A stretch of 63,635 nt of DNA, the filler included, from Octopus bimaculoides (Eukaryota): the NCBI RefSeq assembly GCF_001194135.2. It is 5 parts of 5 records of this genome, joined end to end, with 100 filler letters (N's around TTAATTAATTAA, not from the genome) between each part and the next. Parts side by side here need not be neighbours in the genome. Positions count along the whole stretch, not along the records: positions 49,618 to 53,968 come from NC_069008.1; positions 54,069 to 62,518 come from NC_068988.1; positions 62,619 to 63,635 come from NW_026317500.1; 2 more parts are not named here. One strand, given 5' to 3'. The translations under genes and the position numbers were made by a program. Below are positions 53,278 through 63,635 of the stretch, piece after piece (within the stretch, counting starts at the first letter, position 1; every line of letters begins with the position of its first letter). The notes beneath the pieces were generated by a model, which saw only the letters and a list, made by a program, of their open reading frames with translations, searched no databases and was not told where the DNA came from.

Positions 53278-53505
53278 TTTCTTTATTGCCCACAAGGTGC
53301 TAAACATAGAGGAGACAAACAAAGACAGGCGAAGGGATTAAGTCGATTAGATCAACCCCAGTGCGTAACTGGTACTTAATTTATCGACCCCGAAAGGATG
53401 AAAGGCAAAGTCGACCTCGGAAGAATTTGAACTCGGAACGTAAAGACAGACGAAATACTGCTAAGCATTTTGCCCGGCGTGCTAACGATTCTGCCAGCTC
53501 GCTCG
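53278..53505 (-). mobile_element. Full-length Deu/Nin-type SINE with 17-bp TSD
   Basis: cccctgggtacctctta is duplicated at 53261-53277 and 53506-53522; the body matches the 39450 family. Confidence 0.95.
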
Positions 53506-53925
53506 CCCCTGGGTACCTCTTACTCACTTACATCTCTTCTATACTGCCTCAGCTAGTTCTGCTTATCTCTACCCTACCTGACCTTCTATTTCTACCGCAC
53601 CCTGTATCATCTTTATTCTTGTGTGCCTCTACCCACTCACATCTCTCTCACTCAACACACCTACTTAACTCAGGTAACCTACCCCTTTTTCTCCCCACCT
53701 ACTTTCTTCCCTGTCTGCCTGCGTAAGCTATCTGCACACCTCCACCCTTATATCTCTGTAACTACCTCCATTACCACTACTCCAGGGCTGAGGCAATGTA
53801 GACAGTGGGTAGTGTACACACACACACACACACACGTTTCCTTGTTTAGTTATTGTTATTGTTCTTTGTTGCTGGTCCGGTTTATTTTTTACCCCTAAAT
53901 GTGTGTGTATGTATATGTATGTGTG

Positions 53926-53968
<43 letters not shown>

Positions 53969-54012
53969 NNNNNNNNNNNNNNNNNNNNNNNNNNNNNNNN
54001 NNNNNNNNNNNN

Positions 54013-54024
54013 TTAATTAATTAA
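54013..54024. other. Artificial scaffolding linker TTAATTAATTAA
   Basis: Same 12-mer within paired N-runs. Confidence 0.9.
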
Positions 54025-54581
54025 NNNNNNNNNNNNNNNNNNNNNNNNNNNNNNNNNNNNNNNNNNNNGAGGGAGGGAGAAACCTGTGCATAAGGTTTTT
54101 TTCTTAATCTTCGGATATTTACAATATTATTCTACAATTCTCGGCAGCAGAATTCCTGTTTCAATTCCAATTGTATAATATTGGTTCCCACAAGTGTTGG
54201 GAATTCCCTCAGTTCTAAAATCTACTCTCCATGTTCTTCGGTAAACCTTGACAGAATTTGAAACTCATTCTTGTAAGCTTATTTTTCATGCTTCAGTCAA
54301 AGAGTGCAATCAATGCTATACCAAACGCCATAATCAATGAACCATTCTTCTGAAACTTTAGCATGATAGAATGGTATTAGAACAGTTGAATGAGTATACT
54401 GTTTTATTATGCAAGAATTTCAAGACCCCAGAGAATTCGCGGCGGCATCTTAATCAAATCTTCATTGTATCGTCAAACACTGGATTAAGTTTGTTTCTTT
54501 AATGTACATCAAGTTTGTTGTGTTAACTCGCAAATCCCTTCCATTTGTGCACTTACTTCACACATTGTTATTTCTTGAAGA

Positions 54582-54745
54582 AGGCATAGCTGTGTGGTTA
54601 AGAAGCTTCATTTGCAGCCACGCGGTTTCGGGCTCAGTCCCACTGCGCGGCACCTTCGACAAGCGTCTTCTACTATAGCCCCAGGCCGACCAATGTCTTG
54701 TGAGTGGAGTTGCAAACAGAACGGCAAAGAAGGAAAGTCTCTCCC
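54582..54745 (+). mobile_element. 5' half of a microsatellite-split SINE
   Basis: aggcatagctgtgtggttaag...gggctcagtcccactg...gtcttctactatagcc...ttgtgagtgga matches 40417-40580. Confidence 0.85.
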
Positions 54746-54780
54746 ATATATATGTATGTGTGTGTGTGCATATATATGTG

Positions 54781-54811
<31 letters not shown>

Positions 54812-55519
54812 CCATATATATATATATATNNNNNNNNNNNNNNNNNNNNNNNNNNNNNNNNNNNNNNNNNNNNNNNNNNNNNNNNNNNNNNNNNNNNNNN
54901 NNNNNNNNNNNNNNNNNNNNNNNNNNNNNNNNNNNNNNNNNNNNNNNNNNNNNNNNNNNNNNNNNNNNNNNNNNNNNNNNNNNNNNNNNNNNNNNNNNNN
55001 NNNNNNNNNNNNNNNNNNNNNNNNNNNNNNNNNNNNNNNNNNNNNNNNNNNNNNNNNNNNNNNNNNNNNNNNNNNNNNNNNNNNNNNNNNNNNNNNNNNN
55101 NNNNNNNNNNNNNNNNNNNNNNNNNNNNNNNNNNNNNNNNNNNNNNNNNNNNNNNNNNNNNNNNNNNNNNNNNNNNNNNNNNNNNNNNNNNNNNNNNNNN
55201 NNNNNNNNNNNNNNNNNNNNNNNNNNNNNNNNNNNNNNNNNNNNNNNNNNNNNNNNNNNNNNNNNNNNNNNNNNNNNNNNNNNNNNNNNNNNNNNNNNNN
55301 NNNNNNNNNNNNNNNNNNNNNNNNNNNNNNNNNNNNNNNNNNNNNNNNNNNNNNNNNNNNNNNNNNNNNNNNNNNNNNNNNNNNNNNNNNNNNNNNNNNN
55401 NNNNNNNNNNNNNNNNNNNNNNNNNNNNNNNNNNNNNNNNNNNNNNNNNNNNNNNNNNNNNNNNNNNNNNNNNNNNNNNNNNNNNNNNNNNNNNNNNNNN
55501 NNNNNNNNNNNNNACATAT

Positions 55520-55965
55520 ATATAAATCAAAGGTAGGACAGAAAGAACACAACAAACAGAAACCAACAACAAAACACAACATACGGGAAAATAGACGATA
55601 GCACGTCAAACGGCAAACAGGACAAAAACAAGATGCACGAATCATTCGCAGCCGATTTCCTCATCAGTCGGAGTCCGGACCCTCCATGTTTGTTTTCGTT
55701 CGGTTTCCTTGTATGTCTCCACTGTCCTGTTTTTGTTTCCAACTTTGACCTTCCATAAATCCCAAATTCTATTTTGGTACTTATGAGAGCAACTGTCTTC
55801 GGAAACTCATATTGTCGTTCAATGCTCGAAATAAGGAGTAGATAGACAGCCGACAACTGATGAAGGGTTGTTCTTTATGTTACTTGTCCTGTTTTCCATT
55901 TGTTTCTCTCGTTGCTTACGTATTGAACTCATTTGTTTTTTGATAGTTTATGTTGTTTACTGTTG
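55520..55965. mobile_element. Divergent pair of PLE-type element ends, each with a CTGATGA core
   Basis: CTGATGA occurs on the minus strand at 55667-55661 and on the plus strand at 55857-55863, each followed about 20-40 nt later by ttgtcctgttt. (TA)/(TG) tracts flank the pair. Confidence 0.5.
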
Positions 55966-56002
55966 TTGACGTCCAGTACCCATATATGCATATGCATATA
56001 TG

Positions 56003-56035
<33 letters not shown>

Positions 56036-56129
56036 TTGTGTGTGTGTATATATATATGTATATATATATATATTTATATATATATTTATATATATATATA
56101 CACACACATATGCATGTATGTATGTATGT

Positions 56130-56360
56130 GTGTCTTTGTGTCTGAGTTTGTCATCTATCACCGCTTGACACCCGGTGTTGGTATGTTTACGTTACCGTAA
56201 CTTGGCGGTGCGGCAAAAGAGTACGGTAGTTAGGTATCATAGGTACCAATCTTTCAAAAAAAAAATAGATACTGGATTCGATCCGTTTCACTAAAATACT
56301 TGAAGACGGTGCTCCAGCATGACTGCTGTCTAATGACTGAAACAAGCTGAAGATAAAAGA
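56130..56360 (+). mobile_element. 3' half of a microsatellite-split SINE
   Basis: ccgcttgaca...ggtgttggtatgtttacgttaccgtaacttggcggt...ggtgctccagcatgactgc...tgactgaaacaag matches 40670-40835. Confidence 0.8.
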
Positions 56361-56695
56361 TGGACGACATCGCCCAGAACGGCGACTTAGCAATGGTGGC
56401 TCTGAAACATTGAACAGATGTCAAGCACAACAAAATTGCTTTTTGTTGAAATCCTCATGGGTGATTTGCTATCGATATACAACACAGAAGATTAAGTTTC
56501 GATCTCGCTCTGTAGAACATGTCAGAAAAGATATTAATGGAATTGGTATGGATCATTACGACAGAAAAGATTGATGGAGTTTAACTTGTCCTGCTATGTT
56601 AAGTAAGTAGCAGCGACTGGTTGTACAGATAAATAGCTCTCTCATTCTCTCTTTCTTTCTCTCTCTCTCTCTCTCTATCTCTCTCTTTTTCTCTC

Positions 56696-56732
<37 letters not shown>

Positions 56733-57669
56733 ATTTTTCTCTTTCTCTCTAGATATAGATATATTTGTATAGGCATGTATATATAATATATAATACTACA
56801 TATTAAATAGTATATAATATATACATATGNNNNNNNNNNNNNNNNNNNNNNNNNNNNNNNNNNNNNNNNNNNNNNNNNNNNNNNNNNNNNNNNNNNNNNN
56901 NNNNNNNNNNNNNNNNNNNNNNNNNNNNNNNNNNNNNNNNNNNNNNNNNNNNNNNNNNNNNNNNNNNNNNNNNNNNNNNNNNNNNNNNNNNNNNNNNNNN
57001 NNNNNNNNNNNNNNNNNNNNNNNNNNNNNNNNNNNNNNNNNNNNNNNNNNNNNNNNNNNNNNNNNNNNNNNNNNNNNNNNNNNNNNNNNNNNNNNNNNNN
57101 NNNNNNNNNNNNNNNNNNNNNNNNNNNNNNNNNNNNNNNNNNNNNNNNNNNNNNNNNNNNNNNNNNNNNNNNNNNNNNNNNNNNNNNNNNNNNNNNNNNN
57201 NNNNNNNNNNNNNNNNNNNNNNNNNNNNNNNNNNNNNNNNNNNNNNNNNNNNNNNNNNNNNNNNNNNNNNNNNNNNNNNNNNNNNNNNNNNNNNNNNNNN
57301 NNNNNNNNNNNNNNNNNNNNNNNNNNNNNNNNNNNNNNNNNNNNNNNNNNNNNNNNNNNNNNNNNNNNNNNNNNNNNNNNNNNNNNNNNNNNNNNNNNNN
57401 NNNNNNNNNNNNNNNNNNNNNNNNNNNNNNNNNNNNNNNNNNNNNNNNNNNNNNNNNNNNNNNNNNNNNNNNNNNNNNNNNNNNNNNNNNNNNNNNNNNN
57501 NNNNNNNNNNNNNNNNNNNNNNNNNNNNNNNNNNNNNNNNNNNNNNNNNNNNNNNNNNNNNNNNNNNNNNNNNNNNNNNNNNNNNNNNNNNNNNNNNNNN
57601 NNNNNNNNNNNNNNNNNNNNNNNNNNNNNNNNNNNNNNNNNNNNNNATATATATATATATAGGAAGTTA

Positions 57670-58385
57670 ATTATTTGACCGGCCATAGAGTGACCAGTGG
57701 TTTCGCGTCCATAAAGCGCTTAGCCTTATAGACAGCTCGTGAGACTCCACTGGTCGCGGGCATATAACCTCTTTTCAAAATGGAGATAAAAATATGTTAC
57801 AGTCAATTCATTTTGAAACAAAGCATACATTGTCCGACTCTTAGGGTGGACATGTTATCGCACTTTGATCGGCTCTAGTTAGCAGATTTTTTACGGCCCT
57901 ATTCAACAAATAGGGAATCCCCGCACTTGAATTGGTTCCAGTTAGAAAAATTTTTATGGTCCTAATCAACGAACGGGGAATCCTATGCTTGCAGTATGTA
58001 GCGTTTAAAAGGGTCCCCGGGTCAAGCTCTGCTATGCAAAGCTTGGATCGTCCTCTCCCGTTTATGTAGGATAAGATCCCGGTTGTTCTAGGATCCTCCA
58101 TTTAATTGCGTATGGAGTGCCTTCGTCCTTAAGGCGCCACGCGTGACTTGCCGGAGACGTGACGTAACGCCTTTCCGGAATCCTAAAAGAGGACCTATGA
58201 TTTTACAGACGTTGCTTAAAGGCAGTTCGGGCCGAACCAATGCATCTCCGAATTTGTGTGCTGGTTGTGTCATCACCTCTGGTGTTTCTTCTGTTGGCTC
58301 TGGGACTGATGTTGCTGCTGCTCTTGGTGGAGCTGCTGTCGGTGCCGTTATTACGGAACTGATCTAAGGCCGATCTAAGGCTTGG
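57670..58385 (-). mobile_element. Penelope-like element 3' fragment: degraded GIY-YIG endonuclease end plus 3' UTR
   Basis: The minus strand at about 58250-58030 reads CIGSARTAFKQRL*NHRSSFRIPERRYVTSPASHAWRLKDEGTPYAIKWRILEQ...RSKLCIAE, matching the YIG...FK.R..NH.SSF...H.W.LK......IKW.IL...LC pattern of PLE endonucleases. Confidence 0.85.
57677..57755 (-). ncRNA. Type I hammerhead ribozyme motif (PLE 3' UTR), G5C core mutant
   Basis: GTGGAGT-CTCACGA-helix II (13 bp, one bulge, loop TAAGC)-GAAA-CCACTGG-TC-ACTCTAT. Helix I has 7 bp including G.U pairs and helix III is palindromic. Confidence 0.75.
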
Positions 58386-59599
58386 ACAATATATCTTTTT
58401 GTTTACAAAATTAACTGACCGTAACGTTTTTCTATCTCAAAGAAAAGAAATAAAAAACAGGTTCGATGAATTTCTTCCAAACTGTATTTATTTTTCATGC
58501 ATAAGAAATGTCTCGCTTCATAAAATGGTCAATCAATATACCCCGGGTTATGTCATGTTGATGATTTCTAAAAAGAATGAAATGATGCTATATAATGATT
58601 ACCACTGACAAGAAATTTTAAGAACTTCATAAGTAAATTTTAAAAAATTAAATATGTATTCGTTGCATGTTTTTTTTTACTTGTTCCTTAATTTCAAACC
58701 CAAACTTTTAATCCTGCCAAATATGAATAAATTATTATCTCCCTTGTATTAATTGTTCACTGGGAGGCATCACATATTTGAAACACTGGTCAATTTTACA
58801 ACTGCTAAACGCGATGAGCTATTTCCGGTCGAGGATCCAAGATAGAACGAGATGTATATGACCATTGAGAGTTAACCGTGTTTGTTTTTACGTACCAGGT
58901 TTCTGTTTGCTTTCCGGTTCTCTATTCACTCCAACATAATATATATTTCGCTATAATTCGGATTCGGCTATAAAATGTTTTATAATATCTTAGAACTAGA
59001 TATTTATAGCATATATTCTGTTGACTAAAATAAATTATTGTGACTGCTTCTTAAAATATTTGATAAATTTAGGCTCCAGAATAATTCACTTTATGAGTTT
59101 GCTTCACCGTTAATAACGTTATCTTTTCCCGTGGTCTATTTTATGTCCTTTTATAGTTATCTACTTATATTTCATGTACATTATATTATTATACGTTTAT
59201 ACTGTATAAACTCATTGTATTTACTACCTCAACACAGAGATATTTACCTCATTCACTGCTGAAAAGCATACGTACATTATTATATTATGGTATTTATATT
59301 GTTGTAGTTATTACACTCAGCACATTAACACGAATATATTTGGTTCATTCACAATTGAGAACTGCTAAAGTAATGCTCATCAGGTGAAAACAACTTTCTA
59401 ATAGTTAGCCTTTGTTTCGTAAAAACCAACCATGATCTGGCAAAAGAGGAGATTCATAAATAAAATAACAAATACAAGCCATTGATATATAATGCTTTAT
59501 GGAGAAATCAATATTAGATCAATCATTTTTACTGAACCAATCAACAACAGGACACGGTGTTCAGTATTATCATTGAATTAGCATAATAATCAACACAGC

Positions 59600-60340
59600 C
59601 TGTACTGAAAGTATTGCTACTATACGAAAACTGTACTTTACTAACAATGTAAGTATTATACAGTATAACAATGCAGTCACTCCTCAGAACCTAAAAATAA
59701 TATAGTCGTTGTACTAACAATGCAGTCACTGCACGGAAACTGTACGGTACTAACAATTTAGTTACTCTACTAAAATAAAAATGTAGTCACCGTACAAACA
59801 ATATATTGACTGTATTAGAACTATACTGCACTAAGAATTTAGTAACTGTACTAAAGTAAAAATATGGTCACTCGTAAAAATAAAATCACTATTAAAACTG
59901 AACTATATTGAAAACTCAGTCACTGTACTAACAATGTAGTAACTATACTAAAACAGTTCTGCACTAAAAAATGCATTTATTGTACTGAAACTGTACTGTA
60001 CTAACAATTTAGTTACTGTACTAATAATAAAAACGGTACAATACTGAAAATATAGTCACTTTGCAAAAAAAATATATAGCTATTGCGTACAGAGATTGTA
60101 CTGTACTAAAAATGAGGTCATTGTATTAGCAATACAGTAGCTCCTGTACAAAAACTGTACTGTACTTACTGTAGTAACAACGCAGTTATTTTACAAAACA
60201 GTATAACTACTGTACTGAAATTAACTGTACGAACAATGTAGTCACTTTATAGTACTGCAAATGCAGTAACAGTATGTTAGTACAAGCTGCACTGTGGTGA
60301 CAACGTAGTGACTGTACTGAAGATTTTGAAGTACTAAACT
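59600..60340 (+). repeat. Degenerate minisatellite built on ACTGTACTAA(C/A)AATG(C/T)AGT
   Basis: Many dispersed variants of actgtacta/actgtactg at irregular spacing. Confidence 0.85.
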
Positions 60341-60573
60341 TACTGAATATGTAGTAACACACAGCACAAACAACAGCACAACACTAGTAATTATTGGCAT
60401 ATTACATTGTACCGACACTGCAATGGTGCTGCATTGGTACTGCATTGACACTACACTGATACCCTAACACTCTACTGGCTCTGCAATGACAGCTACACAC
60501 ACACCCCTAGTACATATTTTTGTTGATTCTATCTTGTTTATATGTGTGTGTTTATGAATATATATAAATAAAA

Positions 60574-60790
60574 GGCGGCGGGCTGGCAGAAACGTTAGCA
60601 CTCTGGGCGAAATGCTTAGCGCTATTTCGTCTGCCTTTACGTTCTGTGTTCAAATTCCGTCGACGTCGATTTTGCCTTTCATCCTTTCTGGGTTGATAAA
60701 TTAAGTACCAGTTGTGTACTGCGATCGATCTAATTGACTGGCCCTCTTCCCCAAAATTTCGAACCTTGTGCCTAGAGTAGAAAAGAATAT
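60574..60790 (+). mobile_element. Deu/Nin-type SINE, tail type A
   Basis: ggcggcgggctggcagaaacgttagc head, ttgataaattaagtaccagttg centre and ctaattgactggccc...gtgcctagagtagaaaagaata tail. Confidence 0.9.
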
Positions 60791-60803
60791 TTCACATTGC
60801 TTA

Positions 60804-61000
60804 AGGCAGAATCGTTAGCATGCCGAGCAAAATTCTTAGCGGTATTTCGTCTGCCGTTACGTTCTGAGTTCAAATTCCACCGAGGTCGACTTTGCTTTTC
60901 ATCCTTTCGGGGTCGATAAATTAAGTACCAATTGCGTACTGGGGTCGATGTAATCGACTTAATCCTTTTGTTTGTCCCCTCTATATTTAGCCCCTTATGG
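60804..61000 (+). mobile_element. Deu/Nin-type SINE, tail type B, directly downstream of the previous copy
   Basis: Same head and centre; the tail gtcgatgtaatcgacttaatcc...tgtcccctctatatttagcccctt is as in 39450 and 53278. Confidence 0.9.
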
Positions 61001-61537
61001 GGCTATTTCTGATCATATAAGTCATTTCGAATATTATTTTAGCAAGTTTAAAGTAATTTTTTTCTTTTGTGTCGGAAATCATTTACCATTTCTGTGGTAC
61101 CCCCGCCTTCCCTTGTTGCCATAAACACGTGCTTATTTTGCATAATGGCTAATCCAGTGCTGCCTCCTCCCTTTCTCCTAGTCTATGAGGCCCTGTAAAG
61201 GGTCAAGGCCACTGCCTTCCGTCCTTAACTACGGGATACATAACGCCTGTATCAAGTGAAATTATTTCAGACAGGCGTTCATTTTTTACCTCTATTATAC
61301 TCTGCGTTGTTATTTTTATGCTGCACTAAATTTTCAAATCTGCCTTGATCAACATAATTAACGTAATTAAAATAATTTTGTTACTAATTATTGTTATTGT
61401 TATTCCCTCTTTATCTTTGGAATCACTTTATTCTTTTACAGTGCAAATGGTCGTTTTATGTGCGTTACGCACCCTGTCGGTCTTAAAGAAGGAACTCCTT
61501 ATTAGATAACAATGGAATTAAATAGTAAATACGTTTT

Positions 61538-61579
<42 letters not shown>

Positions 61580-61599
61580 GGTTGCTCTAAGAATTCAGG

Positions 61600-61896
61600 G
61601 CTACGTTCGAATAAATAGGGTCATATGACCAGCAAATTTGGATACCGTTGGTGAGATTAATAGTTTAAAATGGCGGAAAATTATTTGGAAAATTTTGTAC
61701 AAGATCTGTCGAAAAACCATCAGAATACATGGGGATATTACCGTTTAGCACCGTTCACAGCTGCGTTCGAGTAGCCGAAATCATATGACCAGATAAATTC
61801 AATGCTGTTGGGGCACTTAATATGCCTACAAATTCCTTTGAAGGTTTTATACAAAATCTGTCAAAACACACTTGATATTACACGGAAATTACTGTT
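61600..61896 (+). repeat. Diverged tandem dimer, about 150-160 bp unit
   Basis: ct(a/g)cgttcga...tcatatgaccag...tacaa(g/a)atctgtc...atta(c)cgtt/attactgtt anchors occur twice in the same order. Confidence 0.75.
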
Positions 61897-62562
61897 GCTA
61901 ATTGTAGAAATTGGCAGTGCCCATGACCTTTCTGAAAAGAGGTAGGGAACGCGTTTTCCCCCAACCGAAGACCTAGCTTGAATCCTTGCAAGAGAGTAGA
62001 CTTCCTTAAAAGTACCAAAAGCAATAGTTTTAGCCTAGGTCGGAATTTTGTCTGAAAGCAATAGTTTTAGCCTGGGCCGAAGATTAAGTCTAACAAGCCC
62101 AAACGGGAACAGTCTATCCAATCGATTAAATTTACTTCTTGCAGCTACGTCCAACTCAGGATTTGTAGTAGAATTCATTTGCCTGCAATGCTCTGCATGG
62201 TTTTTTTTTTTCAACCTAAAACCATGCAGTTATGAAACGAACTTCTTAACTACACCCAACGCAAAATTTCTACTAACCGTCTTGTAATAAAACCAAACGT
62301 AAATCTTCTTTAGTCACCGCTCTCCAGGCAAAGTAAGGAGTTGCTGTGAAGAGCTTTTCATGCTTTTCAGGTCATACTTAAACCCGCTCTGTTATTTCTG
62401 TCACTAATCCTTCGGGTCAATAAAGGAGCCTCTACACCAAGAATCCCCAACTATCGAGTCAAGGAACATTTAGCATCGGGCCGCACTGACAGAATACATT
62501 TTAAAATTTTGAATCATGNNNNNNNNNNNNNNNNNNNNNNNNNNNNNNNNNNNNNNNNNNNN

Positions 62563-62574
62563 TTAATTAATTAA
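62563..62574. other. Artificial scaffolding linker TTAATTAATTAA
   Basis: Same 12-mer within paired N-runs. Confidence 0.9.
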
Positions 62575-62809
62575 NNNNNNNNNNNNNNNNNNNNNNNNNN
62601 NNNNNNNNNNNNNNNNNNACCACCTGTCCTCGTCTGTTGTTATTATTTGTATATTCTCCCATATATAGTTACCCATGCACATATCCATATATGCATAACG
62701 CATATGTGTATATGTAGATACCCACATATGCATACACATACACATGCATACACACACAGATATATACATACATATATATATTGATGTATCTCTGGAGTGA
62801 CATTACACC

Positions 62810-63415
62810 CGTTATAATCACACGCTTTGGTTAAATTTCTGATTCAGAAGTGAAATAGAATCCTTGTGTGCTTCATTGGCATAATGCCTCTCTCTGGGTA
62901 GAAAATATGTTTCGATATACGAGTCCACATCAGGAATCTTGCAAATCAAGTATAAAAGCACCGCTTTAAAGCATTGAAACTCTATTCTTCTCAGCGCCGC
63001 CCTGAGCGATACATCATTTGCACGATGTGAAGAATATACCACCAGCATTGCCCAAACGACCTCATCATTAGCTTCAAAATTCATCGAAGACTAGGACCAC
63101 GGGTCATATGTCTCCTACCAATTCAGAACCACAACACATAAATACATTGCATCACAGTTTATTTTCCTCAACAAGCCCTGCCCTATTTAACATTTCCCAG
63201 AGAAGATCAAAGAGGAAAAAGATCTCATTACTTTTAAACAAAATCTGGATAAATTTCTTCAAGGAATACCAGATAAGCGACCTATACTTGGATACATCTC
63301 ATTCAACAAAAGGATGATGATACCACAAAACGTGACTTAGAAAGGATTTAGCTAGTCCTATCAAGTGGTGCTATGGACCAATCTTTAGTCGAAACACATC
63401 TAAGTTATATCTAGG
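62810..63415 (+). mobile_element. Degraded CR1/L2-group LINE 3' end
   Basis: Translates to FKALKLYSSQRRPERYIICTM*RIYHQHCPND...KIHRRLGPRVICLLP..., then FNISQRRSK and KDLITFKQNLDKFLQGIPDKRP across frameshifts. It is followed by a gtcgaaac...aagtt 3' end. Confidence 0.8.
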
Positions 63416-63635
63416 TTACTTTTTATTTTGTATCTTTTATCAACCAATTCCTACCTCTCTAACTCTGAATTCGCACCATATCTTTTCCACCAAACCATTG
63501 AAATTTGGGAACCGACTACTACCAAGTAGTAAAAGTTTGAATGAAGAGCATCCATACAAGCATAAACATGCAAGCGATAGCGTGCACACCAACACACACA
63601 CACACACATTTATGATTATAGCAATGATATGTACA

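Noticed and set aside
59600-60340. CRISPR-like repeat-spacer array
   Set aside because: The repeats are degenerate, spacing is irregular, the intervening sequence is itself repetitive, and there are no cas genes in this eukaryotic context.
61085-61290. GC-richer island with CACGTG and a near-octamer motif as a possible enhancer
   Set aside because: Short motifs alone are not evidence; it would need conservation or chromatin data.
61442-61523. Strong acceptor as candidate terminal exon (phase 0 gives CKWSFYVRYAPCRS*)
   Set aside because: Competing acceptors exist (about 53785 and 58898), it lies across a scaffolding linker, and nothing favours it without transcripts.

Overview
AT-rich, microsatellite-dense animal genomic DNA with roughly 7 kb of N gaps. 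The SINE and LINE content suggests a cephalopod, most likely Octopus (inference, not a database result). There are no prokaryotic features, no CRISPR and no true rRNA or tRNA genes. Almost all ORFs in the supplied track are microsatellite or gap artefacts. One real host gene is recoverable on the + strand: a signal-peptide exon at 31103-31156 plus exons at 49881-50085, 51067-51309 and 52848-52912. These are splice-phase compatible and encode a small single-pass type I membrane protein with a poly-Thr stalk; I do not recognise the family and did not find the last exon. The rest is a dense transposon landscape: several tRNA-derived SINE families (two copies with perfect TSDs), a deleted Helitron, a deleted mariner, two R4/Dong-type fragments in (TAA)n, RTE and CR1-like LINE 3' ends, and Penelope-like (PLE) RT and GIY-YIG remnants. 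The most interesting layer is a set of minimal type I hammerhead-ribozyme-like motifs in PLE-type sequence (57677-57755, 19369-19404, 7073-7108, 46512-46570). Alongside them are short (TA)n-associated elements that fold back into inverted repeats at their hammerhead or tRNA T-arm. Four TTAATTAATTAA strings inside N-runs are artificial scaffolding linkers.
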